Shown piece after piece: positions 31,556 through 42,744 of a stretch of 64,000 bases of DNA. A model generated the notes under the pieces. That model was not told the origin of the DNA, ran no database searches, and saw only the letters and a program-made list of their open reading frames with translations. The position numbers and the translations under genes were made by a program. Each line of letters opens with the position of its first letter. Position 1 is the first letter of the stretch. Source of the DNA: Thermodesulfobacteriota bacterium (lineage in GTDB: Bacteria; Desulfobacterota_D; UBA1144; Nemesobacterales; JAJCZQ01); contig CBDBDR010000017.1 in assembly GCA_965203965.1 (NCBI GenBank), positions 1,443,947-1,507,946 on the forward strand, read 5' to 3'.

Positions 31556-33088
31556 TTATACTTTATCAAATATTTTTTTGCCTTTGTTTACCTTTATTCC
31601 GGGTTTAATTAACCCCCATTTCTTGGAGTCATCGTAGGTCATAGAACTTACGTGATCACTGTCAAAATTGAATTTTTGCCAAACCATTTTTGATATTTCA
31701 GGCATGAAGGGTGTGATCATTAAATTAGTTACCCTAATACCTTCTGCCAGAGTTCGTAAAATTGTTGATAAACGCTCTGTTTCATTGTTTTTTACAACAA
31801 TCCAAGGCTGAGTTTGATCAACGTATCTATTCAACTTCGTAATAAATTTCCATATTGTTGTAAGTGCCTTGCTGTATTCAATATTATTTATTTCAGACTC
31901 TACTTTTTTTGCCGTTTCAATCGCCGATACTTTTACCTCGTTTTCTCTATCCGTCGGTTTGAATTCCTGCGGCACTTTGCCCTCAAAGTATTTCTCAATC
32001 ATCCCGAAGGTTCTACTCACCAGATTTCCATATCCATTTGCCAAGTCTCCGTTTATTCTGCTGATTAAGGATGCCTTGGAATAATCACCATCCTCACCGA
32101 ATGGGATCTCTCTCATTAGGAAATATCTGAATACGTCAACACCAAATTCCTCCACTATTTGATAAGGGTCTATGACGTTCCCAAGGGATTTAGACATCTT
32201 TTCTCCTTCAACTGTCCACCAGCCGTGTGCAAATATGGATTTTGGGACTGGAATGCCGGCTGACATTAAAAATGCAGGCCAATATACTGCATGGAATCTC
32301 AGTATGTCCTTGCCTACAATGTGCAAATTTACGGGCCACATGGACTTAAATTTCTTTTGATCTGCCGTGTAGCCACAAGCCGTCAGGTAGTTTGCCAGAG
32401 CGTCAAACCATACGTAAAGCACGTGCTCTTTCTTGTTAGGAACTGGTATTCCCCACGAGAAAGTGGTGCGGCTTATGCTGAGGTCATTCAATCCACTTTC
32501 TACAAAGCTAACAACCTCGTTCAACCTACTGCGGGGCTTCACAAAATCTGGGTTTGTTCCGTAAAGGTCCAGTAACGGCTGCTGGTATTTTGAAAGCCTG
32601 AAAAAGTAACTGTCCTCTTTTATTTTATCTATTTTGGGCTTTTTGTTCGATGGTAGCTTGTTGATTTCCTCAAGTTGAGTTCTCGTGATAAAAGACTCCT
32701 CACGGACGTTATACCATCCTTCATATTTTCCCAGATATATGTCTCCTTTCTCATGTATGGTTTTGAATAACTCTTGCACGGTTTTTCTGTGTCGTTCTTC
32801 CGTTGTCCTGATAAAATCGGAATTGGTGATGTTCAGGACTTTCCACAGTTTTTGAAAGCGATTTACAACCCGGTCTGCAAGCTCAATGGGTTTTTCACCA
32901 TTTTCAATTGCAGCGTTTTCAATCTTCTGTCCATGCTCATCCGTTCCGGTTAGGAAAAAAACCTCTTTTCCCTCAAGACGTTTGAACCTCGCTATTACAT
33001 CTGCCGCAATGGTTGTATAGGCATGACCAATATGAGGCACGTCATTTACATAGTAGATGGGCGTTGTTACATAGTAGATGGGTTTCAT
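31556..33088 (-). CDS. metG: Methionine--tRNA ligase
   Basis: TTPIYYVN..HIGH, GTDEHG, YVWFDAL and KMSKS. Confidence 0.97.
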   Translation of the reverse strand: MKPIYYVTTPIYYVNDVPHIGHAYTTIAADVIARFKRLEGKEVFFLTGTDEHGQKIENAAIENGEKPIELADRVVNRFQKLWKVLNITNSDFIRTTEERHRKTVQELFKTIHEKGDIYLGKYEGWYNVREESFITRTQLEEINKLPSNKKPKIDKIKEDSYFFRLSKYQQPLLDLYGTNPDFVKPRSRLNEVVSFVESGLNDLSISRTTFSWGIPVPNKKEHVLYVWFDALANYLTACGYTADQKKFKSMWPVNLHIVGKDILRFHAVYWPAFLMSAGIPVPKSIFAHGWWTVEGEKMSKSLGNVIDPYQIVEEFGVDVFRYFLMREIPFGEDGDYSKASLISRINGDLANGYGNLVSRTFGMIEKYFEGKVPQEFKPTDRENEVKVSAIETAKKVESEINNIEYSKALTTIWKFITKLNRYVDQTQPWIVVKNNETERLSTILRTLAEGIRVTNLMITPFMPEISKMVWQKFNFDSDHVSSMTYDDSKKWGLIKPGIKVNKGKKIFDKV

Positions 33089-33179
33089 ATTTCTACGGGC
33101 TTGATCTCAAATTGAAAAAGTAACCGACAATTTTATAAGTTTACAGTGGAGTATCCTACGTATTTTATGAAAAAGAAAA

Positions 33180-34232
33180 TCAAACGGAAAGTTTCAAAAT
33201 AAGGTCTTCATAAGCAATTCTCTTATTAACGTTAAGCCGGGATAGTCCATACCAGCTATCTTCAAGTTGATCTGCTTTTGTCAGCAGGTTGTCCATTGAT
33301 CTGTATCTGACGTATTCCAACATATTAGCGTAAACGTCCGAATTGATCACTTGTTCACGACTGTAGTTCAGTTTTACAAGTAAAAGGTCTTGTATCCATA
33401 AAGAAATCAAGTCAAACAATAACCTGTGATGCTCAATGCCGTCCTTTGAATTTATTCCCATGTATTCACAAAGTTCAAAAATCTCTGATGGCTTGCCGTA
33501 ATCAACTTTCATCAGTTTTTGTATGATATTTTTTCTAAAATCCAGATATTCCCTATCTATTCTGATCGCTTTTACAATACTTCCGTTAGCAATTTTTGAC
33601 GCAATGCGTGACTCTTGCTCATTGAGATCCCCGGGTTCTCTGATTTTTTCTGCAATTACCTCACTTCGTATAGAGTTGAAGTTGATGATCTGGCACCTTG
33701 ATTTTATTGTTGTCACAATAAAACTCAAAGAATTTGTTATCAAAATGATAATGCAAAACTTTGGTGGCTCCTCAAGTGTCTTTAGAAATGCGTTCTGGGC
33801 ATTGGAGTTCATTCTTTCCGCATTGTCAATAATAAAAATTTTGTAGTGAGACTCAAACGGGCGAAGATAGATTTTTTTTTCAACATCTGTTTTTATGTTG
33901 TCTATCTTGATCGTTTTTTCATTTTTATAATCCAGCAAAGTTACGTCAGGATGGACACCTTTTTCTATCTTTGAACATGATAGGCAGTTGCATTTGCCTA
34001 TGACGTTTCCTTCGGTTGGGTCAGTTACCTTGTCAGATTGGATTTGGGACAGATTAGGAAATTTGTCTTTGTTTGTGCAGTTTGCCAATTTTGCAAATTC
34101 CAGGGCAAATAATTTTTTCCCGATACCATCAACTCCTGAAAAAATATAGGAGTGACAAATCCTATTTTTCCTCACGGTGTTTAGTAATATCTCTTTCTGG
34201 AACTGGTTACCCAGCAAATTTTCAAATGGCAT
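33180..34232 (-). CDS. holB: DNA polymerase III subunit delta'
   Basis: GIGK, CxCxxC, HPD, NAFLKTLEEP and TIKSRC. Lies next to tmk. Confidence 0.92.
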   Translation of the reverse strand: MPFENLLGNQFQKEILLNTVRKNRICHSYIFSGVDGIGKKLFALEFAKLANCTNKDKFPNLSQIQSDKVTDPTEGNVIGKCNCLSCSKIEKGVHPDVTLLDYKNEKTIKIDNIKTDVEKKIYLRPFESHYKIFIIDNAERMNSNAQNAFLKTLEEPPKFCIIILITNSLSFIVTTIKSRCQIINFNSIRSEVIAEKIREPGDLNEQESRIASKIANGSIVKAIRIDREYLDFRKNIIQKLMKVDYGKPSEIFELCEYMGINSKDGIEHHRLLFDLISLWIQDLLLVKLNYSREQVINSDVYANMLEYVRYRSMDNLLTKADQLEDSWYGLSRLNVNKRIAYEDLILKLSV

Positions 34233-34238
34233 TCTCTG

Positions 34239-34856
34239 TTATGCTAAGAACTCGTTTTCAATAATATTTCTTAAGTGATTTTGGATGCCCGTAATCTTTC
34301 CCAAGACATCTACAATTCTGATCCGCTCGGTGTTTAAATGAGCTTCCGACATGTAGCCATTTCGCACCGATTCATAGAAGGCAGTTGGCTCATCATCAAA
34401 TCTGCTTGTTTTCTCTGCTCTTGATTTTAGTCGTTCCAACCCTTCGGCTACGGGCAAATCCATAAGAAATGTTACATCTGGCTTGACGTTGAGGGTTGAA
34501 TCTTCTGCCAGTTTCTTAACCAGATCAATATCCAACTTTCTCCCGTATCCTTGATAGGCTATGGTTGAGTCAAAATATCTATCGCAGACCACGTATTTTC
34601 CGTTATCCAGTCTGGGTTTTATGAAGTTCTGCACGTGCTCAATTCTGTCGGCACAAAAAAGGAGGAGTTCGGTTAGTGGATGAATGCGATCTTTTTTTTC
34701 CTCAACCATCAATTTCCTGATTACTTTACTTGCTTTTCCCCAACCCGGTTCCCGAGTTAGAAAAACTTCATGCCCCTGCTCTCGCAGATATTCTGTGATC
34801 AGTCTTGCGTGCGTAGATTTTCCGCTCCCTTCAATGCCTTCAAAAGTTATGAACAA
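34239..34856 (-). CDS. tmk: Thymidylate kinase
   Basis: FEGIEGSGKST, REPG and DRYFDS.AYQG. Confidence 0.96.
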   Translation of the reverse strand: MFITFEGIEGSGKSTHARLITEYLREQGHEVFLTREPGWGKASKVIRKLMVEEKKDRIHPLTELLLFCADRIEHVQNFIKPRLDNGKYVVCDRYFDSTIAYQGYGRKLDIDLVKKLAEDSTLNVKPDVTFLMDLPVAEGLERLKSRAEKTSRFDDEPTAFYESVRNGYMSEAHLNTERIRIVDVLGKITGIQNHLRNIIENEFLA

Positions 34857-34910
34857 TTTATTTCCAGTTGGTGAGATGGTAGGAATTATAGTTTAAGGTC
34901 TATTACCGCG

Positions 34911-35636
34911 TCAGGCAAGACCTGTTTTTTTCCTCAACATCTTCAACTCTGATCCTGTCAGGTCTCTCCAATTTCCCCGAGGGAGTTTTCCCAGTTGCAG
35001 GTTCCCGATCCGCGTTCTTTCCAATTTTTCAGTCCGTAAGCCAAAATAACGCAGATAGTTTTTTACCAGATGTTTCTTCCCTTCATGGAAAGTAATTATG
35101 ATCTTGGATTTACGGTTCCTGAAGGTCATGATTTTCAGGCTATCGGGCTTGATCGGGTTTCCGCCCAGTTTTGCCCCGTTTTTTATTCTTTTCATCATTT
35201 TGTCTTCTATTGATCCCTTAACTGTTACATTGTATGTTTTTTTTATTCCGTATTTTGGATGATGTATCCTGTTTGCAAGTTCTCCATCGTTAGTTAAAAA
35301 AACAAGCCCCTCCGAGTCATAATCCAGTCTGCCAACGGGATAAACTCTTTCGTTGACGTTCTTAGTTAGGTCTGCAGTTATTGGCTTGTCGTCTTCATTG
35401 TTAACCAGTGTTGTGAGATATAACTTTGGTTTATTCAAGATGATGTATCGTTTTGTTTCTACGGTTAACTGCTTGTTATCAACCACGACCACGTCTTCTC
35501 CCAGATTGATGGACATGCCGGGTGTTCTGACGGTGCTTTTGTTTACTCTGACTTTTCCCTCAGCTATTAACTCATCGGCTTTACGGCGAGAAGCTACACC
35601 GCATTCTGATAAATATTTGTTCAACCTGACCTTCAT
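34911..35636 (-). CDS. RsuA/RluB-family rRNA pseudouridine synthase
   Basis: S4 domain (SRRKADELI), LNKP and GRLDYDSEG. Confidence 0.9.
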   Translation of the reverse strand: MKVRLNKYLSECGVASRRKADELIAEGKVRVNKSTVRTPGMSINLGEDVVVVDNKQLTVETKRYIILNKPKLYLTTLVNNEDDKPITADLTKNVNERVYPVGRLDYDSEGLVFLTNDGELANRIHHPKYGIKKTYNVTVKGSIEDKMMKRIKNGAKLGGNPIKPDSLKIMTFRNRKSKIIITFHEGKKHLVKNYLRYFGLRTEKLERTRIGNLQLGKLPRGNWRDLTGSELKMLRKKTGLA

Positions 35637-35807
35637 GATTTGTTAAAATTGCCCGGGCAATATACTATTTTATTGATATAAATTTGGCTTGACAATGGAT
35701 ATTGATATATGACAAGATAGTTGCAGTAAAATACGATTGGTTGTATTTCACTGTTGGATTAAAATGTTTAATTATTGCTAAAAGGTTTTATCTTCAGAAC
35801 GCTTATT

Positions 35808-37073
35808 ATGCAAAGTAATTTTAATGAATGGCTTACAGTTTTTGACTTTCCTAAAACCCGTATGCTTTTTAATACACTGGGAGCAGGCAAGTTCTCGGAC
35901 TTCAGTCCTTCATCACAGTTGTCCAGAATTGTGGATAAGGTGTTATCTGGCAAAACGATAAGCAAGGGTGAGTCGCTTTATCTGACAGAACTTGAAGAGA
36001 AAGATATTCCATATTGTTTATATGCTGCATCTATGGTGAGGAGTGAGGGAAAAGGCAACGAACTTTCCTATACAAAAAATATCTTTGTTCCACTGACAAG
36101 GATCTGCAGGGACAGGTGTGGATACTGTACTTTCAAGATTGAACCGGGAGAAGCCGAGTTGTTCGTTACGCTGGACGAAGTTCTTGCAATGGTGGAAAAA
36201 GGCGTCGCTCTTGGGTGCAGGGAGTTGCTCTTTGTTCTTGGGGATAAACCTGAGCTTAAATACGCTGAATACAGGAATGCACTTAATGGTATTGGTTACC
36301 AGAAAACGACGGAATATTTAACGGACGTCTGCGAGGCGAGCCTGGCAAAGAACATTTATCCTCATTCTAATCTTGGATTGTCCGACCCCGATGAGTTGTC
36401 CGCTCTCAGGCAGTTCAATCCAAGTATGGGTTTGATGCTTGAAAATATAAGCGAAAGATTGCTAAAGAAAGGACAGGCACATCACGGCTGCGCAGATAAG
36501 GTGCCAAAGTTGAGAATGCAAACAATGAAATATGCAGGTGAGCAGAGAATTCCTTGGACGTCGGGGATACTTGTTGGCATAGGAGAGACTTGGGAAGAGA
36601 GAGTGGATTCGCTTTTTGCCCTAAAAGAGCTTAATGACGAGTATGGTCATATTCAGGAAATAATTGTGCAAAATTTTAGCCCAAAAGATGGAATAAGAAT
36701 GGAAAAGTTTCCTCCCCCTTCTTTCATTGATATGTTAAAGACGGTGGCAATCTCAAGGCTTATTTTTGGGAAAGATATGAACATACAGATACCTCCTAAT
36801 TTAAACAGCGGGAGTTATGCGATTTACCTGCTTGCGGGGATAAATGATTTTGGAGGAGTTTCACCGCTTACTATTGATTACGTAAACCCCGAGTGTTTGT
36901 GGCCTAAGATTGACAGAATGACCAAAGAAGCAGAGTTAATGGGTTGTGAGTTGAGGGAAAGGTTGCCAGTTTATCCAGAGTTCATTAATGAAGAGTTTAT
37001 TGATCGTTCAATGCTTCAGAAGATCAGGGATGAGGTTGATGGGTTAGGCTTTGTTCCAAGGGAGGATAATTAA
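35808..37073 (+). CDS. cofG: FO (7,8-didemethyl-8-hydroxy-5-deazariboflavin) synthase subunit CofG
   Basis: PLTRICRDRCGYCTF, SMGLMLE, QIPPNL, GGVSPLT.D.VNP and ERLPVYP. Start position uncertain. Confidence 0.88.
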   Translation: MQSNFNEWLTVFDFPKTRMLFNTLGAGKFSDFSPSSQLSRIVDKVLSGKTISKGESLYLTELEEKDIPYCLYAASMVRSEGKGNELSYTKNIFVPLTRICRDRCGYCTFKIEPGEAELFVTLDEVLAMVEKGVALGCRELLFVLGDKPELKYAEYRNALNGIGYQKTTEYLTDVCEASLAKNIYPHSNLGLSDPDELSALRQFNPSMGLMLENISERLLKKGQAHHGCADKVPKLRMQTMKYAGEQRIPWTSGILVGIGETWEERVDSLFALKELNDEYGHIQEIIVQNFSPKDGIRMEKFPPPSFIDMLKTVAISRLIFGKDMNIQIPPNLNSGSYAIYLLAGINDFGGVSPLTIDYVNPECLWPKIDRMTKEAELMGCELRERLPVYPEFINEEFIDRSMLQKIRDEVDGLGFVPREDN

Positions 37074-38290
37074 TGGAAGATATAAAACCTCTACTGCCTG
37101 TTATTGAAGAATATCGTGCCGTCGGGCTTGACCACGCGTTATCAAAGATCAAAAGTCGGACGGGAACCATAATAGACAAAGCACTGTTGAGTGGTGAACT
37201 GACCGTGAGGGAAGGTGAACATCTATTTCATATTACGGATCCAAAAGAGCTCTCGGTTTTGGCGCTTGCTGCTGACCATATAAGAAAAGAGGACGTAGGC
37301 GATGTGGTTACTTACGTTGTGAACAGGAATATTAATTTTACAAATATCTGCAACGTGTATTGCGGCTTCTGTAATTTTATGGCACCCGAAGGTGATGAAA
37401 GAGCATACTTTCTTTCCATGGACGAGATTGCTGAAAGAAGCATAGAAGCGTGGGAAATTGGAGCAACCGAAGTCTGCATGCAGGGTGGTATGCACCCGGA
37501 GATAGATGGTAATTACTACATTGAATTGATCAAAGCCGTGAAAAAAGCCGTGCCGGAGATGCACACCCATTCTTTTTCTCCTTACGAGGTATGGTACGGT
37601 GCAGACACGTTGAATATTCCCGAAGAGGATTTTATAGAGATGTTGAAGGACGTTGGACACAATACTTTTCCTGGTACAGCAGCAGAAGTTTTAGTTGAAG
37701 ACGTAAGGAAATTGATTGCACCGCGAAAAATACCAACCCACGTATGGATCAGAGTTGTAAAAAAAGCACACAAGGCAGGTGTAAGGACTACTTCCACTAT
37801 AATGTACGGCCATCTTGATGAACCCCGTCACTGGGCAGATCATTTGGTAACACTCAGGGATATTCAGAAAGAAACAGGAGGTTTTACCGAGTTTGTTCCC
37901 CTAAGATTTATCCCTTGGAACACAAGGCTTTACACCCATTCGAAGGGTAAGGTTCAAAAGGGGCCCACAGATGTAGATCAACTCAAAATGTATGCGGTCT
38001 CAAGACTTATGCTCAGGGGTTGGATAAACAATATTCAGGTTTCATGGGTAAAACAGGGGCCTGAATTTGCTCAATTTTCACTGACTGCCGGCGCCAATGA
38101 TTTTGGAGGCACTTTAATGGAAGAGCAAATATCACGGTTTGCCGGGGCAAGTTACGGACAATATTTTCCACCGGAAGAGTTCAGAAGACTTACGCGTGAA
38201 ATTGAAAGAGTCCCAGCGGAGAGAAACACTACCTACGGAATTCTAAAATTGTTTGATAATAATGACGATGTAATTTTAGAAGCGTCTTAA
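37073..38290 (+). CDS. cofH: FO synthase subunit CofH
   Basis: VNRNINFTNICNVYCGFC, PGTAAE, GGFTEFVPL, NIQVSWVK and DFGGTLMEE. Coupled to cofG. Confidence 0.88.
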   Translation: MEDIKPLLPVIEEYRAVGLDHALSKIKSRTGTIIDKALLSGELTVREGEHLFHITDPKELSVLALAADHIRKEDVGDVVTYVVNRNINFTNICNVYCGFCNFMAPEGDERAYFLSMDEIAERSIEAWEIGATEVCMQGGMHPEIDGNYYIELIKAVKKAVPEMHTHSFSPYEVWYGADTLNIPEEDFIEMLKDVGHNTFPGTAAEVLVEDVRKLIAPRKIPTHVWIRVVKKAHKAGVRTTSTIMYGHLDEPRHWADHLVTLRDIQKETGGFTEFVPLRFIPWNTRLYTHSKGKVQKGPTDVDQLKMYAVSRLMLRGWINNIQVSWVKQGPEFAQFSLTAGANDFGGTLMEEQISRFAGASYGQYFPPEEFRRLTREIERVPAERNTTYGILKLFDNNDDVILEAS

Positions 38291-38304
38291 TTATTACTAT
38301 TTGA

Positions 38305-38355
38305 ACGGGTAGTTATCCCGTTGAGTGTTCTTGAATACACGGGTAATTACTCCGT
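38305..38355. repeat. Two similar 17-bp imperfect palindromes upstream of the photolyase
   Basis: ACGGGTAGTTATCCCGT at 38305-38321 and ACGGGTAATTACTCCGT at 38339-38355. Confidence 0.55.
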
Positions 38356-38364
38356 AGTTATCTG

Positions 38365-39750
38365 ATGACTGTTAAAAAATACAGGCTTTCTCTTTTTATA
38401 TTCCGCAGAGATTTACGACTTTATGACAACACCGGCTTGATACAAGCCTGCCGTGAATCGAAAGCTGTTATTCCCTCTTTTTTCTTTCATGAGGATCTTA
38501 TTGACAAAAACAGCAGTAAGTTCAGACCGAACTTGATACAGTTCATGCTTGAATCGTTAATAGAGCTTGATAAGGATTTAAGGGCGTTTGGTTCAGGTCT
38601 TTATTGCTTTTACGGTAATTATTACAAAGATTTTGAAAAGCTCATCACAAGTGAAAATATTACGGCCGTTTACATCAATGAGGATTACACCCCTTACAGT
38701 ATAAGGAGAGACAGAGAATTAAAAAAAATCTGTATAAGGAACGGAGTGGACCTCAAAAGTTGCTTTGATTTGCTTCTCTGTCGTCCTGGAGATGTGCTTA
38801 CCGGGGATGGAAAGCCTTATAGGGTTTTTACTTCTTTTTATAACAAGGCAAGAATTAAAGAGATAGTAAAACCCGCCAAAATTGTTTATAAAAATCTTTA
38901 CCGTCAAGTGATCAAAGATTGTAAGCCCACCAGTTTTTTTGCTGAGATGTTAGCCTTGAAAAATGATTCTCTGGCTCAAAGAGGTGGGAGATCAAATTCG
39001 GCAAGAATTATAAGAAATATTGAGAATTTTGAGGATTATAACAAAGAAAGAGATTTTCCTTCATTTCAAGGAACGACAAAGCTATCTGCACACTTAAAGT
39101 TTGGCACGGTTTCGGTGAGAGAAGTTTACTGGGCAGTGAGAAGTAAACTGGGAGTGGATAACCTAATAATAGCCGAGTTATTCTGGAGAGATTTTTATGG
39201 TGCTCTTTCATATTTTTTCCCTCACGTTTTTGGTCATCCATTCAATAAAAAGTATGAAAATATAAGATGGGAAAACGATGGAGAGAAATTCCTTGCGTGG
39301 GGTGAAGGGAAAACGGGGTTTCCTATTGTTGATGCCGGGATGAGACAGTTGAACAAAACGGGCTGGATGCACAACAGGGTCAGGATGATAGTTGCCTCTT
39401 TTCTTACAAAGGATATTCACGTTGACTGGAGATGGGGTGAAAAATACTTCGCTTCGAAATTAGTGGATTATGATCCTTGCTCAAACAACGGAGGTTGGCA
39501 ATGGGCAGCATCTACGGGAGCGGACTCTCAACCGTATTTTAGGATATTCAATCCATGGAGACAACAAGAAAAGTTTGACTCCAAGGCAATATACATAAAA
39601 AAGTGGTTGCCGGAACTTGCGGGATTGTCTGCAAACAAAATTCATAATCTCAGTAATTTCGGATCAACTGTTGAAAAATATCCCTTGCCGATTGTTGAAC
39701 ACAAGGTGGAGGGACAAAGATCAAAGGAGATTTACGGGCAGGAAATTTGA
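38365..39750 (+). CDS. phrB: Deoxyribodipyrimidine photolyase (class I CPD)
   Basis: FRRDLRLYDN, LSAHLKFG, WRDF, GWMHNRVRM, NNGGWQW and FRIFNP. Confidence 0.92.
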   Translation: MTVKKYRLSLFIFRRDLRLYDNTGLIQACRESKAVIPSFFFHEDLIDKNSSKFRPNLIQFMLESLIELDKDLRAFGSGLYCFYGNYYKDFEKLITSENITAVYINEDYTPYSIRRDRELKKICIRNGVDLKSCFDLLLCRPGDVLTGDGKPYRVFTSFYNKARIKEIVKPAKIVYKNLYRQVIKDCKPTSFFAEMLALKNDSLAQRGGRSNSARIIRNIENFEDYNKERDFPSFQGTTKLSAHLKFGTVSVREVYWAVRSKLGVDNLIIAELFWRDFYGALSYFFPHVFGHPFNKKYENIRWENDGEKFLAWGEGKTGFPIVDAGMRQLNKTGWMHNRVRMIVASFLTKDIHVDWRWGEKYFASKLVDYDPCSNNGGWQWAASTGADSQPYFRIFNPWRQQEKFDSKAIYIKKWLPELAGLSANKIHNLSNFGSTVEKYPLPIVEHKVEGQRSKEIYGQEI

Positions 39751-39801
39751 GTAAAGCACTCAACTATCTTCTTTCTCCCATAATCAAATTGTTTCCCTAA
39801 T

Positions 39802-40368
39802 TTATATCTCCAGTATCTCTTTCTGCTTTTTTTGAAAGAGTTCATCTATTTCTTTGATCTTTTTATCAGTTAGTTCTTGAATTTTTGTAAGGCTCTTCGT
39901 TATAATGTCTTCTGGTATTTTATCGCTCTTTTTTGTGTCTTTTATATGGTTGTTTGTATCTTTTCTGATCTGTCTTATTGCTACTTTATACTCTTCGGCA
40001 ATCTTAGATACATATTTAACAAGTTCTTTTCTTCTTTCTTCGTTAAGTGGTGGAATGTTCAACCTTATTATTTTTCCATCGTTAACGGGAGTTATTCCAA
40101 GATCAGATTTTATTATTGCATTCTCAACTTTATCAAGCGTTGTTTCATCCCAGGGCTGTATCACGATTGAACTTGAGTCGGGTATGGTAACGTTGGACAT
40201 CTGGTTCAGTGGGGTGGGTGTGCCATAATAATCAGCCATTATGCCAGTTACCAGTGCTGAAGAGGCTCTCCCAGTTCTAACCTTGTTGAACTCTTGTTTG
40301 AGGACGTTTACTGTTTTTGCCATTCTTTCATTGCCGTCTTCAATATACATATCTACTTCTTCACACAT
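39802..40368 (-). CDS. frr: Ribosome recycling factor
   Basis: RTGRAS, YYGTPTPL and PPLNEERRKELVK. Confidence 0.96.
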   Translation of the reverse strand: MCEEVDMYIEDGNERMAKTVNVLKQEFNKVRTGRASSALVTGIMADYYGTPTPLNQMSNVTIPDSSSIVIQPWDETTLDKVENAIIKSDLGITPVNDGKIIRLNIPPLNEERRKELVKYVSKIAEEYKVAIRQIRKDTNNHIKDTKKSDKIPEDIITKSLTKIQELTDKKIKEIDELFQKKQKEILEI

Positions 40369-40369
40369 T

Positions 40370-41104
40370 TTAGCCGTTCCTCATTATGGTTCCTACGCGC
40401 TCACCGTGAATTATGTTTTTAATATTTCCTTTTTCAAACAGATTAAACACCACTGTGGGAATATTTTCTTCCATACAGAGTGAAATTGACGTGGAATCCA
40501 TAACTTTCAAACCTTTTTTTAAAATATCAATGTAGGTAAGTTCATTAAATTTTACGGCGTTATCATACCTCATTGGGTCCTTGTCATAAACACCGTCAAC
40601 TTTTGTTGCTTTGAGTATGATCTCGGCATTTACCTGAAGAGCTCGCAGAGTTGCAGCGGTGTCCGTGGTAAAAAATGGGTTGCCCGTGCCTGCTGCGAAA
40701 ATTACCACGCGATTCTTTTCAAGGTGTCTTATAGCTTTCCTCCTAATAAAAGGCTCGGCTACTTGTTTTATTTCCAAGGCTGTTTGCACTCTTGTATTTA
40801 CACCGATACGTCCAAGAGAGTCTTGAAGAGCCAGGGAATTAATCACAGTTGCAAGCATTCCCATGTAGTCAGCCGTGGATCTGTCCATGCCGAATGATTC
40901 TCCTGCCAATCCCCTGAATATATTGCCTCCGCCGACAACTATTGAAATTGCCACTCCAAGTTCATGGATCTCTTTGATTTCATCTGAGATTTCCGAAAGA
41001 ATTTTTTGGTCAATACCAAAAGATTTATCCCCGTGGAGGGCTTCACCGCTCAGTTTAAGCAATATCCGCCTATACTTTATTTTCTTTTCTCCTAAGGACG
41101 TCAT
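40370..41104 (-). CDS. pyrH: UMP kinase
   Basis: [16 protein letters not shown] and GNPFFTTD. Confidence 0.97.
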   Translation of the reverse strand: MTSLGEKKIKYRRILLKLSGEALHGDKSFGIDQKILSEISDEIKEIHELGVAISIVVGGGNIFRGLAGESFGMDRSTADYMGMLATVINSLALQDSLGRIGVNTRVQTALEIKQVAEPFIRRKAIRHLEKNRVVIFAAGTGNPFFTTDTAATLRALQVNAEIILKATKVDGVYDKDPMRYDNAVKFNELTYIDILKKGLKVMDSTSISLCMEENIPTVVFNLFEKGNIKNIIHGERVGTIMRNG

Positions 41105-41110
41105 ATTTAT

Positions 41111-41719
41111 CTAATTCATATCACCCAGTTGGTATCTGACAAACCTCCTAACCACTATATTTTCACCAACTTTCGCGATTGCGTTTTGGATAAGCTCGCT
41201 TACGCGGGTTTTGGGTTCTCTTATGTAGGCTTGATCCAACAGGCAAATTTCCTCAAAAAATTTGTTTATTTTACCTTCCACCATTTTTTCCATAATTTCA
41301 GCTTTCTTTTTACCTGATTCTTCCACCTGAGCTTTAATTATCTCTTTTTCTTTGTTTATCACTTCGGCGGGAACGTGTTCACGTGATACATAAAATGGGT
41401 TTGAGGCAGCTATCTGCATTGATATTTCTTTGGACAGATTTTTAAATCCTTCGTTCCTCGCAACAAAATCAGTCTCACAGTTTAATTCAAGCATTACTCC
41501 AATTTTTCCACCTGCGTGTATATATGAGGTGATCAAACCTTCAGGTGTTTCTCTTCCTATTTTTTTTGAGGCTTTGGCAATGCCTTTAATCTTTAGAAAT
41601 TCAAGTGCCTTATCATAATTTCCATCCGAGTCATTAAGGGCGTTCTTGCAATCTATAAAAGGTGCTCCCGTTTGATCTCTGAGATCTTTGACCATTTTGG
41701 CGGTAACGTTATTAGACAT
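41111..41719 (-). CDS. tsf: Translation elongation factor Ts (short form)
   Basis: [20 protein letters not shown] and [11 protein letters not shown]. Confidence 0.96.
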   Translation of the reverse strand: MSNNVTAKMVKDLRDQTGAPFIDCKNALNDSDGNYDKALEFLKIKGIAKASKKIGRETPEGLITSYIHAGGKIGVMLELNCETDFVARNEGFKNLSKEISMQIAASNPFYVSREHVPAEVINKEKEIIKAQVEESGKKKAEIMEKMVEGKINKFFEEICLLDQAYIREPKTRVSELIQNAIAKVGENIVVRRFVRYQLGDMN

Positions 41720-42617
41720 CTTCCTGTGATTTCTCCTTGTTTTCATGGGTCTCTTTGGGTTTCGATCCCTCTGAGACCGCTACAGATATGGATTTTTCTT
41801 CCTGGTCTTTATCTTCTCCGTACTCCTTGAAGACAAAAACTTTTCTTTCAACTACAACTTTTGTTTCTTCTTGCAATGGTTTTTCAATTACACCGGACAT
41901 TAATTTCTGTTCATATATGTGCTTGCCCTCTATACAGGCATCTGCGGTCTTTGAAACAAACAACTTAATTGCTCTTATAGCGTCATCATTGCTCGGGATA
42001 ACGTAATCGGCATCGTCGGGGTCACAGTTCGTATCAACTACTCCTACTATTGGGACTCCGAGTTTTTTTGCCTCTTTTACCGCTATGGATTCTTTTAATG
42101 AATCAACAACGAACAGAGCGCCGGGAATCCTTTTCATATTGGTAATTCCACCTATTAGGTGCTCCAACTTTTGAATTTCTTTTTTGAGACCTTTGGCTTC
42201 TTTTTTAGACAACAGTTCCATGTGTCCCTCTTCTTCCAGCTTTTTAAGCTCCAACAGGTAGTTCACTCTGGATCTGATAGTGTTAAAATTTGTCAGTGTC
42301 CCGCCTAACCACCTCGTATGGATGTAAGGCATTTCACAACGTATGGCTTCTTCCGCGATAATTCCCTGTGCCTGTTTTTTGGTGCCTACAAAAAGCACAT
42401 CTTCGCCGTTGCCGACGACATCTTTTACAAAATTACTGGCAATTTCAAACAAGCTCAAAGTTTGCTGAAGGTCAATTATGTGAATACCGTTTCTAGCTCC
42501 AAAAATGTAGGATTTCATTCTTGGGTTCCAATCACTTTTCTGATGACCAAAATGCACTCCAGCTTCCAACATTTGCTTCATGCCTATTGCTTCGCTCGAC
42601 TCAATTTCTCCCGTCAT
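41712..42617 (-). CDS. rpsB: 30S ribosomal protein S2
   Basis: [22 protein letters not shown] and NDDAIRAI. Confidence 0.97.
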   Translation of the reverse strand: MTGEIESSEAIGMKQMLEAGVHFGHQKSDWNPRMKSYIFGARNGIHIIDLQQTLSLFEIASNFVKDVVGNGEDVLFVGTKKQAQGIIAEEAIRCEMPYIHTRWLGGTLTNFNTIRSRVNYLLELKKLEEEGHMELLSKKEAKGLKKEIQKLEHLIGGITNMKRIPGALFVVDSLKESIAVKEAKKLGVPIVGVVDTNCDPDDADYVIPSNDDAIRAIKLFVSKTADACIEGKHIYEQKLMSGVIEKPLQEETKVVVERKVFVFKEYGEDKDQEEKSISVAVSEGSKPKETHENKEKSQEDV

Positions 42618-42744
42618 TCAACTCCTCCTGTTATGTTTAAGTTAAACTGAACTTTAATAACATGAAAAGATTTTTTTATCAATATAAAACCTTGATGTTA
42701 TACAACAGTTACCAAGTGAGGTCAAAAAATGTAATATACTATGT

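Noticed and set aside
41111..41719. Short (~200 aa) EF-Ts
   Set aside because: The short form is known in several phyla, so this is not a truncation.
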